Sequence record: NZ_CP106960.1
Source: a plasmid
Strand: one strand, 5' to 3'
DNA length: 64,000 nucleotides
The translations under genes and the position numbers were made by a program. Below, in pieces: positions 42,704 to 52,486 of the stretch. A model generated the notes under the pieces. It was not told the origin of the DNA. It made no database searches and was given only the letters and a program-made list of their open reading frames with translations. The first letter of the stretch is position 1; each line of letters begins with the position of its first letter.

Positions 42704-43974
42704 TGTTCGCGCTGGCAGATGTAAACAGCTTCTACGCGAGCTGCGAGAAGGTTTTCCGTCCGGACCTGAGAAATAAACCTATTGTCTGCCTTAGTAATAA
42801 TGATGGCTGCGTGATCGCACGCTCGAAAGAAGCAAAGCAGCTGGGTATCAAAATGGGGATCCCCTGGTTCCAGCTGAAAGCAATGAAGTTCCCTGAGCCC
42901 GTCATCACGTTCTCCAGTAACTACGAGCTGTACGCCAGCATGAGCAACCGGGTCATGGCACATTTGGAAGAGCTGGCACCATGCGTGGAACAGTATTCAA
43001 TTGACGAAATGTTTCTATATATCAAAGGAATAGATAGATGCATCAATTTTGAAGACTTTGGCCGGCAGGTGCGCGAACACGTCCTAAGCGGAACAGGACT
43101 GACGGTCGGTGTCGGTATGGGGCCAACGAAAACGTTGGCCAAGTCTGCACAATGGGCTTCAAAAGAGTGGCCACAATTTGGAGGGGTGCTGGCCCTAACC
43201 ATCGACAATCCCCGACGGACGGAAAAACTGCTTTCTTTGCAGCCGGTAGAGGAGATTTGGGGCGTTGGGCGCCGCATAGGCAAAAAATTGAATACGTTCG
43301 GTGTAACAACTGCTTTGCAGCTTGCCCGCATGAACCCTGCCTTTGTACGCAAAAACTTTACCGTGGTGCTGGAGCGAACCGTGCGTGAACTGAACGGTGA
43401 GGCCTGTATATCTCTTGAAGAGACACCGCCTGCAAAGCAGCAGATAGTCTGCAGCCGTTCATTCGGGGAGCGCATCACCACTTACGAATCACTGCGGCAG
43501 GCTATTTGCCAGTACGCTGAACGCGCGGCCGAAAAGCTACGGGGGGAGCAACAGTTCTGCCGGCACATATCGGTGTTTATCAAAACTTCCCCTTTCGCAG
43601 TCAACGAAGCGTATCACGGCAACGTGGCCAGCGAAAAACTTCTCCTACCTACCCGTGATACCCGGGACATCATTAATGCCGCAGTTAAGGCCCTTGACCG
43701 TATCTGGCTCGATGGGCATCGATATGCAAAGGCAGGCGTAATACTTAATGACTTCACCCCCTCGGGAGTAGCACAGTTAAATCTGTTCGATGACATTAAG
43801 CCGCAGAAGCGAAGCGAGGAGTTAATGAAAGCCCTGGATGGCATAAACCATTCAGGGCTCGGGAGGGTATGGTTTGCTGGTCGCGGAATTGCGCCAGAAT
43901 GGCAAATGAAAAGAGAGATGCTTTCCCCGGCATATACGACCAGATGGTCTGATATCCCCAGAGCCTCAATTTGA
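42703..43974 (+). CDS. mucB: Translesion DNA polymerase V subunit MucB (UmuC homologue), 423 aa
   Basis: MFALADVNSFYASCEKVFRPDLRNKPIVCLSNNDGCVIARS... Y-family polymerase. Confidence 0.85.
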   Translation: MFALADVNSFYASCEKVFRPDLRNKPIVCLSNNDGCVIARSKEAKQLGIKMGIPWFQLKAMKFPEPVITFSSNYELYASMSNRVMAHLEELAPCVEQYSIDEMFLYIKGIDRCINFEDFGRQVREHVLSGTGLTVGVGMGPTKTLAKSAQWASKEWPQFGGVLALTIDNPRRTEKLLSLQPVEEIWGVGRRIGKKLNTFGVTTALQLARMNPAFVRKNFTVVLERTVRELNGEACISLEETPPAKQQIVCSRSFGERITTYESLRQAICQYAERAAEKLRGEQQFCRHISVFIKTSPFAVNEAYHGNVASEKLLLPTRDTRDIINAAVKALDRIWLDGHRYAKAGVILNDFTPSGVAQLNLFDDIKPQKRSEELMKALDGINHSGLGRVWFAGRGIAPEWQMKREMLSPAYTTRWSDIPRASI

Positions 43975-43977
43975 GTA

Positions 43978-44367
43978 TCACATAAAGTTTTTCATTTTCT
44001 TTCGAGCCTCGTCCAGGCGTTGCTGCTCATCATCTTCAACAGCTTCAGGCTGGGGCGCGGGGGCTAACTGCCCCGCCCCCAGTTCTGCCAGTATGTCTCG
44101 AATATTGGCCTGTGAAGGTTTCCATCCCGTAGTCTGGCTGAGCAACCCAACCAGCTGATCCGCTGTGAAGTCATGGTTCAGCAATATCGTGAGTAAACCA
44201 GGAAGCCGCGAATCAAGCTGATGAAGGGCTAACCCGGAGATAAGCGCCCTTCGATACAGTTCTCCCCTCTCGTTCCGTGGGACAGACTCGATAATGTCTA
44301 ATGACAAGTTGTCTGCTGCCTGTTCCGGATGAAGATAAACAGTAAACTTCTTCCGTTCTTCACTCAC
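43978..44367 (-). CDS. ParR/StbB-like partition adaptor, 129 aa
   Basis: Small acidic protein immediately downstream of the actin-like ATPase. Confidence 0.55.
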   Translation of the reverse strand: MSEERKKFTVYLHPEQAADNLSLDIIESVPRNERGELYRRALISGLALHQLDSRLPGLLTILLNHDFTADQLVGLLSQTTGWKPSQANIRDILAELGAGQLAPAPQPEAVEDDEQQRLDEARKKMKNFM

Positions 44368-44371
44368 AGCA

Positions 44372-45382
44372 TTACTCCCCTTTAAATGCGGCGATTGCTT
44401 CTACAAGTGACGTTTGAGGAGAGTCCATCATCACAACTTTGGAACCCAGGTGATGCCATGCGGCTTTAATCGCATCCTCGATCAGCGGGGCACCTCCGCC
44501 AACAATGTAAACCCGGTTCACGTGACGGAACTCGGCAAGGTCATCGACAACACGGGCTCCAAGGTTAGCAATCGCGCTTTCGATAGTATCTAGTACAAGT
44601 GCGATTTTGCTTTCATCATTCACAATCTGGCGAACAAAGTCAGGATCTTTACGCTGCTTGATTAGCTCATCAGCGATCATAGAACTCGTATCACTGGATG
44701 CCATTTTTAATGCTGTGAGTGCAGCGTTCGTCACCATTGATACGCCAATATCTGAATTTCCGTGAATCGCACTAACCGAATCGAACTGACCAACGATAAC
44801 GCCAACATCGAGAGTCGTGCCGCCAAGGTCAATCACAAGAGATTTTTCGTACTGCCCCACATTATCTTTAACCAGGCGAGCAAATACGGCAGGCAGTGAT
44901 TCTGGCATGACTTCAACATGCTCAATGGTAAACACCTCACCTTTGTTCAGCTTTACCGGACGCATCAGGTTGTCGATTTTACGTTGAATATTGAGCTCAT
45001 TCTTCTGGCATTCTTTGTTGTAGAACTCGCTGATGGGTAATGTCACCGTCAAAGATACCGGCTGGGGCTTCAATCCACTGTTCAGGAGAGCATGGTGAAC
45101 TGCAAGGACGTTCACGTCGGTATACTGATACTCAATATGAGTCGTCAGAATAGATTCGTTGCTCACTTCGTCGTAGGTATACTTTTTCCCTTCCAGCTCA
45201 TAATTGTAGGTTTGGCGCATACCCATCCCTTCTACTTTCCACCCCTGGCGGAACGAGTTGGCTGATAAGGATGTAGATAATTTACCTTTCTCACAGAACC
45301 ACGCGAGCTTAACTGTGGTAGAGCCATCATCACAAAAAATATTCATACCATCTCCATTGTTACTCATTTTGAGTACATTCAC
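44372..45382 (-). CDS. Actin-like segregation ATPase (ParM/StbA family), 336 aa
   Basis: Actin-fold phosphate motifs (VIDLGGTTLDVGV, YIVGGGA). Confidence 0.75.
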   Translation of the reverse strand: MNVLKMSNNGDGMNIFCDDGSTTVKLAWFCEKGKLSTSLSANSFRQGWKVEGMGMRQTYNYELEGKKYTYDEVSNESILTTHIEYQYTDVNVLAVHHALLNSGLKPQPVSLTVTLPISEFYNKECQKNELNIQRKIDNLMRPVKLNKGEVFTIEHVEVMPESLPAVFARLVKDNVGQYEKSLVIDLGGTTLDVGVIVGQFDSVSAIHGNSDIGVSMVTNAALTALKMASSDTSSMIADELIKQRKDPDFVRQIVNDESKIALVLDTIESAIANLGARVVDDLAEFRHVNRVYIVGGGAPLIEDAIKAAWHHLGSKVVMMDSPQTSLVEAIAAFKGE

Positions 45383-45419
45383 CTAAACGATTTTGAATTG
45401 TCACGCCCAAAGGCTCTGA

Positions 45420-45610
45420 AATACGACTTAAAACTCAGTTTGAGTCTTTAGGTTGCGTTAACTAATACTCACTTTGAGTATCATACTAATTTTTCTTTCA
45501 GCAATCTAGCAGATTGATTGCTTTTAGCTTGCTGCAATCTTGCGGAGTGATTGCCGTTTGATTGCTGCAAGATTGCAGCAAGATAATTAACAGAAAAAGA
45601 TAGCAGCAAT
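45420..45610. repeat. Centromere-like parC repeat cluster (TTGCTGCAAGATTGC and CAATCTAGCAG motifs, direct and inverted)
   Basis: Repeats read directly upstream of the ParM-like gene. Confidence 0.6.
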
Positions 45611-45626
45611 CATGCTGCTATCTGGC

Positions 45627-46037
45627 TTAGTAACCTTTTTGCTGCTTGTAAGCAGCCAGTGCGTTTTCTAAAACTTCTACAAGTTTAATACCTTCTCGAT
45701 CTGCAATGTCCCGGACCTCATTATCGAATTCAGGAGTAACCCGGGTCGCAAAGGCAATTATTCGGTTTGTTTTTCTTGCAGAACGGCCGTCACGTCTGAC
45801 ATACGGAACAGCATTGCTTTCCTGCGAAGCAACTGGCGAAGCCAATTCATGATTCCCAGAAGGCATGGACGTCGCTTGGATGGCTTGTTCCTTAGTTATC
45901 GACTCGGGTTCAACTTCTGCCGCTTCTGCAGCAGGAGCTATTTCTGGTGAGTTCAGACTGGTAGCAACCTCGTCCGGCCCAGGAGGAACGCCCAGGCTAT
46001 TACGCGGTCTCTTTTTTAGTTTCGATGCATCAGCCAT
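45627..46037 (-). CDS. ParG-like ribbon-helix-helix partition protein, 136 aa
   Basis: C-terminal RHH-like region RIIAFATRVTPEFDNEVRDIADREGIKLVEVLENAL. Follows the ParA gene. Confidence 0.55.
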   Translation of the reverse strand: MADASKLKKRPRNSLGVPPGPDEVATSLNSPEIAPAAEAAEVEPESITKEQAIQATSMPSGNHELASPVASQESNAVPYVRRDGRSARKTNRIIAFATRVTPEFDNEVRDIADREGIKLVEVLENALAAYKQQKGY

Positions 46038-46669
46038 TACTCTTCTCCAATCTTATCAATCAGAGCCTGGATAAGCTCATCAGCTCTTTCGTTCAGGCCC
46101 TTGTAGCGTGTTTCAGTGACAGCTAAACCAGAATTCATTGCCTTTCTGTACGCAGGTTTCTCAAATAAACAGCCAGCGAGTGTTTCATAGCCAGCTTCAC
46201 TGATATATGCACGAGCATCAGCTTCTTCAGCCTCAGTCCCAACCCTGCTTAATGAGAAGACCAACCTGGAGCGTGGGATACCATCTTTAACAAGTGCGTT
46301 AAATACCTTAATGGCAGGGATTAAGTCATCGAGTGAAGCTCCGGTCGGTTGAACGACGAGATCGGCTACCTTAGCTATTTCTAAAGTTCCCTTACTTGCA
46401 CGCGCAGGACCATCAAGTATAAGAAGATCTGCATCTCCCGCAGATTCTATAGCTTGCTTTGCCGTAGCGAATACCTCAACAGAGGCTGCGGGAGGCAAGC
46501 CAGCCGCCAGGCGACGACGATGCCAATCAGAACTCGTACCCTGTTCAAGATCGAGATCAGCGAGTTTAGTTTTAATACCACAGGAGGTAGCTTCGCGAGC
46601 CAATGCCCTTGATTTAGTACTCTTACCAACTCCGCCTTTCTGCGAGATAAATCCGACTGTCCAGGCCAT
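46037..46669 (-). CDS. parA: ParA-family (type Ib) partition ATPase, about 210 aa
   Basis: Deviant Walker A KGGVGKST. The start is set at MAWTVGF. Confidence 0.8.
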   Translation of the reverse strand: MAWTVGFISQKGGVGKSTKSRALAREATSCGIKTKLADLDLEQGTSSDWHRRRLAAGLPPAASVEVFATAKQAIESAGDADLLILDGPARASKGTLEIAKVADLVVQPTGASLDDLIPAIKVFNALVKDGIPRSRLVFSLSRVGTEAEEADARAYISEAGYETLAGCLFEKPAYRKAMNSGLAVTETRYKGLNERADELIQALIDKIGEE

Positions 46670-46679
46670 AAAGCCTCCG

Positions 46680-46830
46680 TTATTGCTGCAAGATTGCTGC
46701 AATCTTAATTTACAACCTCTCCAATAGAGGTTGATATATGAGCATCAATCTAGCAGCTTGCAGCTAGATTGCAACAAATAAAGCTGCAAGATTGCTGCTA
46801 GATTTATAATACTCTAGCTACAATAACCTC
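46680..46830. repeat. Second repeat cluster with the same TTGCTGCAAGATTGC / CAATCTAGCAG motifs upstream of parA
   Basis: Shares the exact 15-mer with the 45420..45610 cluster. Confidence 0.6.
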
Positions 46831-47219
46831 TGGTCAGCGCCAAAGCCTCATTGATGCGAGCACGGCTGTTCTGCAGCATCCCGAGCAACATTTAGGGTGC
46901 AGGTCGAACGTAGTCGAGGAGGGTTCTAACTTCCGTTGCCAGCAGGTATTTCGGCAGATCTTTCTGAACAAGACCCATCTGGCGTAAGGCAAGCGCGGCA
47001 GGGCAATCGATGGCCACCGGCGGCTGCGCGCCGGAATAACGTTCCCACTGTCCGGCGCTCCGGGTCGCCCAGATGCCTCGCTTAATTCCTCGCGCCGTTA
47101 GACATACAGGTCATTAAGTCCAGTTGCATCTAGCACTTTTTGGCGCGGCTAATACCTTGAAAAATTATGTTTTATCCCAACATTCACAATTCCACTAACC
47201 GATAGCTCTGGGCTTATAT

Positions 47220-47441
47220 ATGACTAATAAAACGTTAACTGCCGCCGACCATAAAGGTATGGAAAATCTGATCAATGCTGCTCTTGATGGTTATAAGAAC
47301 GGAACCTTGTCGCGTGAAAGCGCTATGAGTTCGCTGGCTCACGTCATAGCTGCAATTGATATTGGTAACTATGCAGAAGCGCGGAATTGGTTCAACAATC
47401 CGGAATTACTGGATGACACCGAAAAACGCATTAACCCATGA
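47220..47441 (+). CDS. Hypothetical small protein, 73 aa
   Basis: ORF preceded by a conserved element (see repeats 47085-49770). Confidence 0.4.
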   Translation: MTNKTLTAADHKGMENLINAALDGYKNGTLSRESAMSSLAHVIAAIDIGNYAEARNWFNNPELLDDTEKRINP

Positions 47442-47502
47442 TAAGTAAGGGCCCGTTTGGGGCCTTTTCATCTGTATAACTATATAATTATTAGGACATT
47501 AA

Positions 47503-47715
47503 ATGGAAATTGCTTGTGGTAAATGTGACGTCATAAATAACGTTAACGATGTAGGATGCAGTAACAATGGTTCTTCTGGTAGCCACACTACCTCGTTTAC
47601 TTATACTGCCCGTTTCACTTGCTGGCGCTGTAAGCATGAGAATGATGTCACCATTCACACTGACGAATCTACAGAAACTGACGAAGTGCTGAGTTCTCAC
47701 ACCACGTACAATTAG
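47503..47715 (+). CDS. Hypothetical Cys-rich small protein, 70 aa
   Basis: ORF with CxxC...CxxC. Confidence 0.35.
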   Translation: MEIACGKCDVINNVNDVGCSNNGSSGSHTTSFTYTARFTCWRCKHENDVTIHTDESTETDEVLSSHTTYN

Positions 47716-47826
47716 GTGTACCTTTTTACCAAAGGTCGCGCCAGCGGCCTTTTTTACACCCCTCGTTTAATTCCTCGTGCCGTTAGACATTTAGGTGATT
47801 CTGCCCACTAAAAAAGGAACTGATAT

Positions 47827-48033
47827 ATGACGAATGAACAGCAGCGAATTAACCGAGCGATAGAACTGGCCTGTCGTTTCGGTGGAACTGACGAAATGCA
47901 CCACTTGCAGTGGGTTGTTGATCAAATGGTGCGTGAATTGGCTGGCGAGCGCTACGCCCAGATTGTAGCAGAGGCAACAACCGGTGAAGATGGCCCGAAT
48001 ACTTACACCTGGCATACAGGTATAGCGCCATAA
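47827..48033 (+). CDS. Hypothetical small protein, 68 aa
   Basis: ORF preceded by the conserved element. Confidence 0.4.
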   Translation: MTNEQQRINRAIELACRFGGTDEMHHLQWVVDQMVRELAGERYAQIVAEATTGEDGPNTYTWHTGIAP

Positions 48034-48107
48034 TTTCCCCGCCTACTGGACGTTACAGTTATTCTGCCCAGTAGACAGGCAATTACCCTCCAGATAGGAT
48101 AACCCCC

Positions 48108-48554
48108 ATGATTCAGTCACAAGGTACAATTATGAGTTCGTCTGCTGCCGTAACCGTTCTGACCGGTGTAACCGTTTTTGTTGTCGGTCAGCTCATCGCA
48201 AAAAGATTCATTGAGCCTTATATATCATTCAGAGAACAATTAGGAAGGATTACAGCGCTTTTATTACGTGAGCAAGCGACGATTACAAATTTCAGAGCTA
48301 ATCATGAAACCATCCACGATTTGAAAGATGCTGCTTCTCAGTTAATGGCAAAGTATTCAGGCTTGCCTAGCAGCCTAAAAAGAAGCTATGTAGGTATAAA
48401 GTTTGTACCATCAAAGGCTGAGGTTTTTGGGGCAGCACAAAACATGAATGAAATCACCTCAATACTTGCTGGTAACAGTAAGGAAAATACCTACAATCTC
48501 ATAAAGGACATTGGACTCAAGCTCAATATACCAACTACCTATTCTTCTCATTAA
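48108..48554 (+). CDS. Hypothetical protein with an N-terminal TM helix, 148 aa
   Basis: ORF. The N-terminus is hydrophobic. Confidence 0.4.
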   Translation: MIQSQGTIMSSSAAVTVLTGVTVFVVGQLIAKRFIEPYISFREQLGRITALLLREQATITNFRANHETIHDLKDAASQLMAKYSGLPSSLKRSYVGIKFVPSKAEVFGAAQNMNEITSILAGNSKENTYNLIKDIGLKLNIPTTYSSH

Positions 48555-48789
48555 TTCCTGCTCAATAGTTGACGCTCAGGCAATTCTCTACACTCTAAAT
48601 AAGGGCGCTTCTATGAGAATTTGGATAAAAATTCTTAGTGGCATTTTCATCACTCTAATCGTTTTCGTTTTTTGGCTATCCTTACCTTAGTTAGACATCC
48701 AAGTGATTTAGGCCAAATATTGATATAGCACTTCACATTGTTTCGCTATAACCTCTATACCCCACAACAATCAAATAAAGGAAAAGCGC

Positions 48790-49263
48790 ATGAATAATAA
48801 TACGCTGGGCGGCCAGGAACTTCAGGACAAGATTTTTGCAGGGCTAAAAATCTACGATGGTAAACCCTTCATCGAGCGGTTCGGGCTGTTTATGGGCAAG
48901 GCGCAGTTGCTGGAATTTGGCCTAAAAAAAATCCTCTTTTCTCTACCGGGTTATAATCTTCCTGAAAAGGAATTAGAAAGGTTGTCGTTAGGTCAGACAC
49001 GCGTTGAGCTTGAGAAGCTGGGGCTACGAACAGATTATAATGCTTTCCTGAAATCATTTACGCGTCAACGTAACACGATGGCGCACGAGTTCCTGGCTAA
49101 TTTTGCGGTCACGCAGCAGCTTCTGGATGGAGCCGCGCTTATTCACCCGTTTGAGCGAGAGTTAACTCACGCCTGTTTTGCTGTTGAGCAGTTGATTATC
49201 CTTTTCGACTTCATCAACGGCGCAGATGACATTACCGCCTGGCTTGAACCAGTAGCGCCCTGA
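48790..49263 (+). CDS. Hypothetical protein, 157 aa
   Basis: ORF preceded by the conserved element. Confidence 0.4.
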   Translation: MNNNTLGGQELQDKIFAGLKIYDGKPFIERFGLFMGKAQLLEFGLKKILFSLPGYNLPEKELERLSLGQTRVELEKLGLRTDYNAFLKSFTRQRNTMAHEFLANFAVTQQLLDGAALIHPFERELTHACFAVEQLIILFDFINGADDITAWLEPVAP

Positions 49264-49949
49264 TACTTAATTTGTCGTTTTTCAAAGCTGGACAGAACCG
49301 AAATTCTGTCCAGTTCCGCTGGCAGTGCGCGATCTGGCCTGATATTATTTGTTTAAAGGGAAAACGAAGAGTTATCTAAAAATGAACACGCTTGATAAAA
49401 AAGTCATCAAGGTTTTGAAAAGATAGCAGGAAGGAAGATCGCAAACGGCATAATGATGCCTACTTGGTATTTCAATGATTCTAGTATCAACTGCTGTTCT
49501 TTTAATTCTTTGCAGCGCGGGGATCATGACCGCTATGCGACAACATTCTGGTTACGGGGTCGTTGTTTTCGTGATAATGATATTGATGTGCTCGATAATT
49601 TCCGGAGTCATGCTGAGCGGTACTGTCATTCAACTAGGAAAATACTGACTTAGATTTAGAAGCTAACTAATCTCACTATGGTCGCGTAAGCGGCCTTTTT
49701 TACACCCCTCGTTTAATTCCCCGCGCGGTTAGATATACAGGCAATTATGTCCAGTAGACAATGACATGCAAATAATGCTTTTCACTTTGGATGTTCCGGC
49801 ATTATCGGAATAATTGTCCAGAAAATATGTCTGATGATCGTCTTTATTTTGATTGACATTGATATCAAACCACAGTTCTGTTCAGAACATGTTTCTGAAC
49901 AGAGAAAGGGTTAGACAAGCCTGAAGGGCGCGTCAGCCCGTCATCCACT

Positions 49950-50726
49950 TTAATGTCCGATATTACCTTTCAGCATGGCCACAGCATCGGGGCCGGACAT
50001 ATGGAACTGTACCCGGTGGCGGGCTGCCACATCCAGCGCAAACACTTTCGTGTACACCTCCGTCGAGCTTAGCGATTTATGTCCCATCAGGCTCTGCAGC
50101 ACCTTCAGGGGAATGCCGGCGTAGAGCATGTGCATGGCATAGGAATGCCGGAACGTGTGAGGCGTCACCGGCACCGAGAACGTGACGCCATCAGCGGCAG
50201 CGGCATCAACGGCCTCGTTAATCCACGTGCGCACGGTACGGTCGGTGATCTCCCAGATGCGCGCTTTTTCGTTTCTGCCGGTGCGTTTATTACGGCGCTC
50301 CAGCGGAATTTTCAGGGTGGCCACCATCATATGCAGCTGGCTGACGTACTGATGATCTGACAGCGGCACCAGGCGATGCGCCTGGCTTCCGGCCGGTGCC
50401 CGACCGGCCGTCCGCGCAGCTTTCTCCGCGCGCTGTTTCAAGGTTGCCAGCTGTACGAACGGCAGCGATGACGTCAGCGCAAAATCGGCCCGGGTGAGCG
50501 CCAGCGCCTCGTTGATTCGGGCACCGGTGTTCCACAGTGTGGCCAGAAGCATTTTGCGGTGCAAATCAGGCACGTAATGGAGCAGGGCGCTGACCTCCGG
50601 TGCCAGCAGGTACTTCGGCAGATCATCATGCACCATTGCCATCTGGCGTAGTGCCAGTGCGGCCGGATAATCGATGGCGACGGGTAACGAGGCCGCCTGC
50701 GACGGGAGGGCGGGAAAGTTATTCAT
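49950..50726 (-). CDS. Tyrosine site-specific recombinase (XerC/D / ResD-like), about 258 aa
   Basis: Catalytic residues in the contexts GARINEAL (R), HTFRHSYA (H-x-x-R) and EVYTKV (Y). The start is set at MNNFPAL to avoid the overlap. Confidence 0.75.
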   Translation of the reverse strand: MNNFPALPSQAASLPVAIDYPAALALRQMAMVHDDLPKYLLAPEVSALLHYVPDLHRKMLLATLWNTGARINEALALTRADFALTSSLPFVQLATLKQRAEKAARTAGRAPAGSQAHRLVPLSDHQYVSQLHMMVATLKIPLERRNKRTGRNEKARIWEITDRTVRTWINEAVDAAAADGVTFSVPVTPHTFRHSYAMHMLYAGIPLKVLQSLMGHKSLSSTEVYTKVFALDVAARHRVQFHMSGPDAVAMLKGNIGH

Positions 50727-50736
50727 GGTCACTTTG

Positions 50737-51564
50737 TTATCCTTCATGATCGTCCGTGTGGGTGTTCTTTTGCTGGGCATTCCTGGGAGCATAATGTCGC
50801 TTTACCTGATGAACGAGCCAGGACAGCAGCGTAAACGGGGCGCGGATGGCCCGGATAAGCAGCATATGGGGCTGCCGGCGGGTGAGCCGATCTATCTCAT
50901 CAGATTTGCCCTTAAGCGCACGTGATTTAGCCTCAATATCCAGCCTGTACCTGTCGTTGTCCTCAACAAGTGAAAGCACGCCCCTGTGCAGCAGGACGAC
51001 ATCCGGTTTCGCACCGCTGCCTGCCGGCAGCTGTAGTTCATTAACCGTCAGGGGACGCGACGTTCTGCTGCCGGGCGGAAAGCGGAACCCCATACCGTGC
51101 CAGAAACGGTCACGCCGGGCGTGGTTCACTGCATCTACTTCGTCGCCCGGGTTAGTCCTGATTGTTTTCACCGGCGTATCAGGCGGCAGGGTTTTTGCCC
51201 AGCTGACCAGCTGCTGCATGCACCACGATCCGAGTCCGCGGCCCTGCAGTTCTTTCTCCAGGATAACGTAACCGTTGGTCAGATCCAGCTCAGCAGTATG
51301 GGTATAGGGGCTGACGTTGAAGCTGGCCGGAAAGGATAATGTACCGCCGCGCCAGAAGAGTTTCAGCTCACATACCCGGTTCTTCAGACGACGCGGACCG
51401 CGGTCCTCTATGCCCGCAGGGGAATACTCATCTGAGATGGTCCTGATGGCCACAAGAGTCAGGGGCCGGGGATAGCATGCCCCGTCCTGCTGTTTCGGCA
51501 GGGTGATCAGCCAGGCGTTTTCGTCTTCGCGGTAACGCGTTGTTGCGGAAAGGTGCTCAGTCAT
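50737..51564 (-). CDS. Hypothetical protein, 275 aa, with a GNAT-like Q/R-x-x-G-x-G segment (RGLGSW)
   Basis: ORF directly upstream of the recombinase and co-directional with it. Confidence 0.4.
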   Translation of the reverse strand: MTEHLSATTRYREDENAWLITLPKQQDGACYPRPLTLVAIRTISDEYSPAGIEDRGPRRLKNRVCELKLFWRGGTLSFPASFNVSPYTHTAELDLTNGYVILEKELQGRGLGSWCMQQLVSWAKTLPPDTPVKTIRTNPGDEVDAVNHARRDRFWHGMGFRFPPGSRTSRPLTVNELQLPAGSGAKPDVVLLHRGVLSLVEDNDRYRLDIEAKSRALKGKSDEIDRLTRRQPHMLLIRAIRAPFTLLSWLVHQVKRHYAPRNAQQKNTHTDDHEG

Positions 51565-51737
51565 GGTCAGCGATGATCCCGATAGTCACTGGAGGAGGTG
51601 GATGACAGCAATGAAGGTCACCGGCCAGGGGACGGCGGCCCGGGATGAATCCTTAATGGCCTGTCCTTCATTCACTACAGAAATCATGTCTGAAAACCCT
51701 TTTAATAATGTCAGAGGGTGAAAGCATTATTTTCAGG

Positions 51738-52427
51738 TTAGCTGCGTCTTTGTTTTCTTTCATGACGCAGAACACGCAGCATTACGGGTTGCGCTGACCA
51801 GGCTGACTTATTGAGACGGGAGCGCGGCAGTTTGCAGAGTCTGCGCAGGAGTCTGGCAAGGTGTATGGCTTTCAGCCCCATCCGTGAAGACTCATACTGC
51901 CGTGCACTGAAGTAATATTCGCGATCCGGAGGCCACGAATTTTCCCAGCCATCTTCGATTGCCCGCATTGCCTCATTGCGCATTACCGGCAGCTCCCGGA
52001 TACGATACATGAGATCTGCCGGTAGGCTCCGCCAGTCACCGGACACCGTTTCAAAATTAAGTGGGACGGGAAAACTTGTTTTAGCCACGCGCTCCTCTTG
52101 TCGGTTAGGTTCATAAAACGGCTCACCGTCATCACTGGCAACAGCTGCACAGTCTTCGGCATACTGCTCCAGGAGAGTAATCAGTTCCGTCGCGATAAAC
52201 AGCCGCTCCCGTTCCAGCTTATCGTCTGACGCCTGTCTCTCACGCTGGAGCGTGAACCGGTGCGTCAGCCAGATACCCGTCAGTGTAATACCGCCGGCCA
52301 GCAGACCAGTTATCAGCCCGGTAGCCACGTTTCCCCAAATACCAGTCCCCTGGGTTATCAGCTGCACGGTAACCGGATGGGATATCGCAGTAGCTACGCT
52401 ATCTGCCGTGGCCTGAATATTTTCCAC
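51738..52427 (-). CDS. Hypothetical membrane-anchored protein, 229 aa
   Basis: ORF. The N-terminus carries two hydrophobic helices. Confidence 0.4.
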   Translation of the reverse strand: MENIQATADSVATAISHPVTVQLITQGTGIWGNVATGLITGLLAGGITLTGIWLTHRFTLQRERQASDDKLERERLFIATELITLLEQYAEDCAAVASDDGEPFYEPNRQEERVAKTSFPVPLNFETVSGDWRSLPADLMYRIRELPVMRNEAMRAIEDGWENSWPPDREYYFSARQYESSRMGLKAIHLARLLRRLCKLPRSRLNKSAWSAQPVMLRVLRHERKQRRS

Positions 52428-52486
52428 TGATCTCTTACCCCTTTATATTTCTGAGAAATCCCGCCCGACTGAAACACTTTCGATAA

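Larger units (their letters stand above)
47085..49770. repeat. Five dispersed copies of a conserved 35-60-bp element (consensus about GTTAGACAT-YAGGT-ATT-TGYCCAGTAGACA, often preceded by a GGCCTTTTTTACACCCCTCGTTTAATTCC terminator-like segment) at about 47085, 47745, 48040, 48690 and 49690
   Basis: Aligned by eye. Each copy sits 5' of a small ORF or of the recombinase region. Confidence 0.55.
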
